A stretch of 64,000 nt of DNA, from positions 3,508-67,507 of the forward strand of contig CAZSQJ010000002.1 in assembly GCA_964608665.1 (NCBI GenBank), read 5' to 3'. The notes beneath the pieces are model-generated. The model had not been told where the DNA came from. It saw only the letters and a program-made list of their open reading frames with translations, and searched no databases. Origin of the DNA: an uncultured Bacteroidales bacterium (lineage in GTDB: Bacteria; Bacteroidota; Bacteroidia; Bacteroidales; CAIXZF01). How positions within the stretch are numbered: the stretch's first letter is position 1; each line of letters begins with the position of its first letter. Positions 59,915-64,000 of the stretch are shown one piece after another. The position numbers were made by a program, and so were the translations under genes.

Positions 59915-60157
59915 ATGTTCAGGAAAATCAAATCGCTGTTCACGCCCTGGTCGGTCGGTGGACTTGTTCTGGGAGCCATCGGGGGATATGTGTATTATGC
60001 CCTTGTCGGTTGCAGGGGAGATGCCTGTCCCATTTGGTCCAATCCCTGGTACAGCATTGGCTGGGGAGCGCTTTTCGGTTACCTGCTGGGTGGGTCATTT
60101 CCTGTCAGGAAAGCGAAGGAAGACCAAAAGCGGGAGCAGCACGGCAAAGAAGAATAG
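59915..60157 (+). CDS. Small two-TM protein with a GCxxxxCP motif (DUF6132-like)
   Basis: YYALVGCRGDACPIWSNPWYSIGWGALFGYLLGG resembles the small Cys-motif membrane proteins of this phylum. Called from memory only. Confidence 0.5.
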   Translation: MFRKIKSLFTPWSVGGLVLGAIGGYVYYALVGCRGDACPIWSNPWYSIGWGALFGYLLGGSFPVRKAKEDQKREQHGKEE

Positions 60158-60159
60158 GT

Positions 60160-60501
60160 TCACCGCGCGGGTTTCTTTTTCCGGCCTCCGGCTGCCACCA
60201 GGTCGTAGGAATGGTCGATGAGTGCTTTCAGGAACACATCGTTCAGCGAGCCGTCGATGATGACGGTGTTCCAGTGAGCCTTGTTCATGTGGTATCCCGG
60301 GTTCACACAGGGATACCTCTCTCTCAGTTCAATCGCACGTTCCGGGTCGCATTTCAGGTTGATGCTGAATGGTTCGCTCAGGGAGGTGAGTGCAAAGATC
60401 TTACCCCACACTTTCATTACCAGGGTGTCTTCATCGAAGGGGAAACTCTCGGAGACCCCTTCTTTCGACAGGCAGTACGCTCTGAATGATTCAATGTCCA
60501 T
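60160..60501 (-). CDS. MmcQ/YjbR-family protein
   Basis: FRAYCLSKEGVSESFPFDEDTLVMKVWGKIFA...NPGYHMNKAHWNTV is the conserved YjbR pattern. Confidence 0.85.
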   Translation of the reverse strand: MDIESFRAYCLSKEGVSESFPFDEDTLVMKVWGKIFALTSLSEPFSINLKCDPERAIELRERYPCVNPGYHMNKAHWNTVIIDGSLNDVFLKALIDHSYDLVAAGGRKKKPAR

Positions 60502-60677
60502 GATTGTTTACTTTCAGTTTTCCGAAGGCTGCCGTAAAATTAATATGAATCAACGGAAAATTGAACGGAGGTGGCAAGGCAGTGGCAACGGCCAGTATGT
60601 CCGCTTGTAAATATTTAACTATTAAGCTACAGCGTTGCCGGTGCCATAAGTTTTTTGTTTATTCAAATCCTTCTGTT

Positions 60678-60685
60678 TACTTTTG
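60678..60685 (+). promoter_or_regulatory. Bacteroidota-type -7 promoter box (TACTTTTG)
   Basis: Exact TAnnTTTG match 55 nt upstream of the ATG at 60741. Confidence 0.4.
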
Positions 60686-60740
60686 CCTTAATTGGCACAG
60701 TGTGCCGGTACCGGTTTTGTAATTTATCAAAATTCCATAT

Positions 60741-62288
60741 ATGTCACTTCGTCAGAAAACACAGGATCTGAAGCGTCGTATGCAGGAAGCTTTGCAGGGC
60801 GGTGGTTCTCAGGCCATCGAAAAGCAGAAGCAAACCGGCAAAATGACGGCCAGGGAACGTATCGTTACCCTGTTGGATCCGAAGTCTTTCCATGAGTATG
60901 ATCTTTTTGTGGAACATGCGGGGAAGGATTTCGACATGGACAAGAAGTACCTGCCCGGTGATGGTGTTATTACCGGAACGGGAACCCTGGGTGGTTACCC
61001 GGTCTGTATTTACGCCCAGGATTTCACTGTTGCAGGGGGCAGCCTGGGGTATATGCATGCCAAGAAGATCACCAAGATCATGGATCATGCCATGAAACTG
61101 AAGGTTCCGCTGATCGGGATTAACGACAGCGGGGGCGCCAGGATACAGGAGGGCGTCAACTCCCTGGCTGGATACGGGGAGATCTTTTACCGCAATACCC
61201 AGGCTTCGGGGGTTATCCCGCAGATTTCAGTCATTCTCGGCCCCTGTGCCGGCGGCGCCGTTTATTCACCTGCTCTGACTGACTTTGTATTTGTGGTGGA
61301 CAAGATCTCCAAAATGTTCATCACCGGTCCGGAAGTAATCAAGACGGTACTCGGGGAGGAGATCACCATGGAAGAACTGGGAGGCGCCAGGGTGAACTGC
61401 GAGATATCGGGAAATGCGCATTTCTTTGCGGAAAGCGAACAGCAGTGTTTCGAGCAGATCAAGCAGCTGATCACCTTCATCCCCTGGAACAACGACAAAA
61501 AGGCTGATCCCTTTCCCAAACGGCCTCCGAAAAGCCGTTCCTACAAGGTCGATAATATCATGCCTTCGGATCCCAAGAGTCCTTACGATGTGAGGAATAT
61601 CATCCGTGCCCTGGTCGATGATTCGGAGTTTCTTGAAGTGCAGGAGTTGTTTGCCCAGAACATTGTGATCGGTTTTGCGAGGATCAGCGGTGAAAGTGTC
61701 GGTTTTGTGGCCAATCAGCCTATGGTACTGGCCGGTGTGCTGGATGTGGATTCCTCCGACAAGGCCGCCCGTTTCATCCGTTTCTGTGATTCATTCAACA
61801 TTCCCCTGGTCACCCTGGTCGATCTTCCGGGTTACCTGCCGGGTGTGGATCAGGAGCATGCCGGTGTGATCAGGCACGGGGCCAAGGTATTGTACGCTTA
61901 TTCGGAAGCCACTGTACCCAAAATGACGGTCATTTTGCGAAAGGCATACGGTGGAGGATATATCGCCATGTGTTCTTCGCATCTGAGGGCGGACTTCGTG
62001 TTTGCCTGGCCTACGGCAGAAATTGCAGTAATGGGTCCCGAGGGTGCTGCCAACATCATTTTCAGGAATGAGATCAAAGCAGCGGAGAATCCGGATGAAG
62101 TCCGCAAACAGAAAATCAAGGAATACAAAAAGAAATTCGCCAATCCATACGTGGCTGCCGCATACGGCTATATCGACGCCGTGATCGAACCGGCCGAAAC
62201 CAGGCACTTCCTGATACACGCCCTTGAGATCTCAAAACAGAAAACAGTACGGCGGGCAGCCAAGAAACACGGTATCCCTCCCTTTTAA
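60741..62288 (+). CDS. Acyl-CoA carboxyltransferase (methylmalonyl-CoA decarboxylase alpha / propionyl-CoA carboxylase beta type)
   Basis: 515 aa with conserved blocks GKMTARERI, DFTVAGGSLG, NDSGGARIQEG, PCAGGAVYSPALTDF and KAYGGGY. Confidence 0.9.
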   Translation: MSLRQKTQDLKRRMQEALQGGGSQAIEKQKQTGKMTARERIVTLLDPKSFHEYDLFVEHAGKDFDMDKKYLPGDGVITGTGTLGGYPVCIYAQDFTVAGGSLGYMHAKKITKIMDHAMKLKVPLIGINDSGGARIQEGVNSLAGYGEIFYRNTQASGVIPQISVILGPCAGGAVYSPALTDFVFVVDKISKMFITGPEVIKTVLGEEITMEELGGARVNCEISGNAHFFAESEQQCFEQIKQLITFIPWNNDKKADPFPKRPPKSRSYKVDNIMPSDPKSPYDVRNIIRALVDDSEFLEVQELFAQNIVIGFARISGESVGFVANQPMVLAGVLDVDSSDKAARFIRFCDSFNIPLVTLVDLPGYLPGVDQEHAGVIRHGAKVLYAYSEATVPKMTVILRKAYGGGYIAMCSSHLRADFVFAWPTAEIAVMGPEGAANIIFRNEIKAAENPDEVRKQKIKEYKKKFANPYVAAAYGYIDAVIEPAETRHFLIHALEISKQKTVRRAAKKHGIPPF

Positions 62289-62300
62289 AACAAGGTATCC

Positions 62301-62627
62301 ATGGAAGAAAAGACGGACAAAAGTCAGTATATCTGCCTGATTGTGGAGCATGACAAGTATAAAACCCTCCCCAATACCAAGTATCTCCGCAGAAAGCCTT
62401 ATGTGCCGCTGAACAAGAAGCTGATTACGGCCTTCATTCCGGGTAATATCAAGCGGATTACGGTTCAGGAGAAGAAGAAAGTTTTGAAGGGAGAGGTGTT
62501 GCTGACACTGGAGGCCATGAAGATGAATAACCAGATCCTTGCCCCCATCAATGGGACCATCAAGAAAATACATGTCAGGGATGGGGAAGCAGTCACCAAG
62601 AATCAGTTGCTGGTGGAGTTTCGTTAA
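62301..62627 (+). CDS. Biotin carboxyl carrier (biotinyl domain) protein
   Basis: C-terminal biotinyl domain with VLLTLEAMKMNNQILAPINGTIKKIHV (the EAMKM biotinylation motif). Confidence 0.8.
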   Translation: MEEKTDKSQYICLIVEHDKYKTLPNTKYLRRKPYVPLNKKLITAFIPGNIKRITVQEKKKVLKGEVLLTLEAMKMNNQILAPINGTIKKIHVRDGEAVTKNQLLVEFR

Positions 62628-63247
62628 GGTTTATCCCTACGCTGATCCGGCATAAACAGCCGGTTATTCTCCGAGATAAAATGATGCAACTGGTCGAGTC
62701 CGCTGCCGGTAACGGCTGAGGTGAGTATCGACAAGGGGAGCTGTTCCCAGCGTTCTTCAAGGAACATCTTGTAGGCACCCAGCCTGTGTTGCAGGGCCTG
62801 TTTTCCAAGTTTGTCGGTCTTGGTGAATACCAGGACAAAAGGAAGTTGCTGTACGGCGAGCCATTCCATGAAAGCAACGTCGTTGGCCTGGGGGGCATGC
62901 CTGGCATCCAGCAGCAGGAAGGTACAGCGCAGGTTGGTTCGTTTGAGGAGGTACTGGGTGACCATTGGCAGGAAAGTGCTCCGTAAGCTGCGTGAGGTCT
63001 TTGCATAGCCGTAGCCCGGCAAATCGGCAAGGTACCATTGCCCGCTCACCAGGAAGTGGTTGATGAGCCTGGTCTTGCCCGGGGTTACCGAAGTTTTCGC
63101 GAGCTGTCTGATGCCGCAGAGTGCGTTGATCAGGGATGATTTGCCCACGTTCGACCTGCCGGTGAAGGCATATTCCGGGTAGGACGGCGGCGGACACTGG
63201 GTGTGATCCGCAGAACTCTTGATAAATTCGGCTTTCAGGCTGTTCAT
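62624..63247 (-). CDS. engB: Ribosome-biogenesis GTPase EngB/YsxC
   Basis: G1 GRSNVGKSSLIN, DLPGYGYA and TKTDK motifs. Confidence 0.9.
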   Translation of the reverse strand: MNSLKAEFIKSSADHTQCPPPSYPEYAFTGRSNVGKSSLINALCGIRQLAKTSVTPGKTRLINHFLVSGQWYLADLPGYGYAKTSRSLRSTFLPMVTQYLLKRTNLRCTFLLLDARHAPQANDVAFMEWLAVQQLPFVLVFTKTDKLGKQALQHRLGAYKMFLEERWEQLPLSILTSAVTGSGLDQLHHFISENNRLFMPDQRRDKP

Positions 63248-63258
63248 GATCCACAGGT

Positions 63259-64000
63259 TTAAAGTCCTGCAAGATGCCGCTCCTTTTTGGAAGGGTAAAT
63301 GTCTGCAATGGTGACCAGTATCCCGGTTTCCTCCACATTCCCGAAATGGGGATTATTGGCAGTACCGAAGGTCTTCATGGTGGATGAAAGATTCATGTAG
63401 GCGTTGACCAGAGGCGGAATATTCTCATTATGTCTTCTCACTTCCTGAACCAGGATCTTGTAGTTTTCTTCGTATGTCGCAGCATTGAAACATGCTTCCA
63501 GTACCGCAGCATCGTGCCGCAAAGGGAGGGGGTCAAGGGGCCTGACCAGTTTGTCGGGATCGGGAAAGAACTTTCCGAGGAACGACAGGATCAGATCCCT
63601 GGCATAAGGGTTGAACTGGGTGTACATGGTGATCTTCCCGAAGAAATACAGCACATCGGGGTTTTGAATGATGATGGCACCAAGCCCGTTCCAGATATTG
63701 TCGAGGGCGAACATGCCGCGACGCGCATCATTGGAGGGCTGATAGGCGGGCTGTACGAAGGAACGTCCCAACTCTATGGTATAAGGCCAGTATTCTTTCA
63801 GAAACTGTTCTGAAAAGCTGAACAGTTCGGCCGTCGGGGTAATCACACTGCCGGCATTGCCGGGTTTCCGCGCACTGCCTTTCAGGAAACGGTAACCGCC
63901 AACAATCTGGAGGGCATCGGGATCCCAGACGATCAGTTGCCTGAAGGGCGGATCCATCAGGTCGAACTCGTCCACATCGCAGGCTTTGCCTGTTCCCCCT
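63259..64000 (-). CDS. GNAT-fold N-acyltransferase, OlsB/GlsB-like (aminolipid synthesis), 5-prime partial
   Basis: Blocks GGYRFLKG, ELGRSFVQPAYQ and FALDNIWNGLG are typical of the hemolysin-like Acetyltransf_5 family. The frame stays open to the window edge, so the N-terminus is missing. Confidence 0.7.
   Translation of the reverse strand, partial: GGTGKACDVDEFDLMDPPFRQLIVWDPDALQIVGGYRFLKGSARKPGNAGSVITPTAELFSFSEQFLKEYWPYTIELGRSFVQPAYQPSNDARRGMFALDNIWNGLGAIIIQNPDVLYFFGKITMYTQFNPYARDLILSFLGKFFPDPDKLVRPLDPLPLRHDAAVLEACFNAATYEENYKILVQEVRRHNENIPPLVNAYMNLSSTMKTFGTANNPHFGNVEETGILVTIADIYPSKKERHLAGL

Noticed and set aside
1-64000. Search for tRNA, rRNA and tmRNA genes in all spacers longer than 100 bp
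   Set aside because: No T-arm GGTTCGA-type motif or cloverleaf-compatible segment was found in any intergenic region. This was a by-eye check, not a covariance-model scan.

Overview
The window is a gene-dense chromosomal segment from a Bacteroidota-type genome, probably an anaerobe. Support for the phylum: at least eleven exact TAnnTTTG -7 promoter boxes sit in front of genes, and I recognise phylum-typical families (DUF3078, DUF2795 upstream of secA, a FISUMP-domain protein). Support for anaerobiosis: PFOR and a ferredoxin-nitroreductase fusion. I can support about 48 protein-coding genes.

Gene content, in order:
- A LiaF-like protein, LytS-type kinase and LytTR regulator module.
- A secreted Ig-repeat/dockerin protein.
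- A HigBA-like toxin-antitoxin pair with a disrupted toxin gene.
- YfhO, xdhAB, pepT, an OPT transporter and mscL.
- A coupled UbiA / K+:H+ antiporter / MscS operon.
- An ABC ATPase and a PduO-type adenosyltransferase.
- A TMTC-like TPR membrane protein.
- DUF2795 and secA, then an AAA+/DUF4143 ATPase.
- A PFOR operon, a DHOD-like protein and mutS2.
- A dense signalling cluster: two tandem PAS kinases, then an orphan binding protein, a Cache kinase and a receiver-PP2C phosphatase.
- An acyl-CoA carboxyltransferase with a biotin carrier, engB, and an OlsB-like N-acyltransferase cut by the window edge.

I found no rRNA, tRNA, CRISPR array, transposase or integrase.

The signals I cannot explain are at the DNA level:
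1. A family of perfect palindromes built on CGATGTGnCACATCG. Two full copies sit in frame inside a methyltransferase gene, and a 16/16 identical half copy lies 16.6 kb away.
2. The AAA+/DUF4143 ATPase is bracketed by degenerate direct repeats of about 170-200 bp. It is embedded in six short-period 'word' arrays confined to the spacers around secA.
3. The Gp49/HigB-like toxin gene is split by a 102-bp in-frame insertion. The insertion carries stop codons, consists of two hairpins and is flanked by a 7-bp direct repeat. The antitoxin gene is intact.

All family assignments come from reading motifs in the translations. No database search was run.
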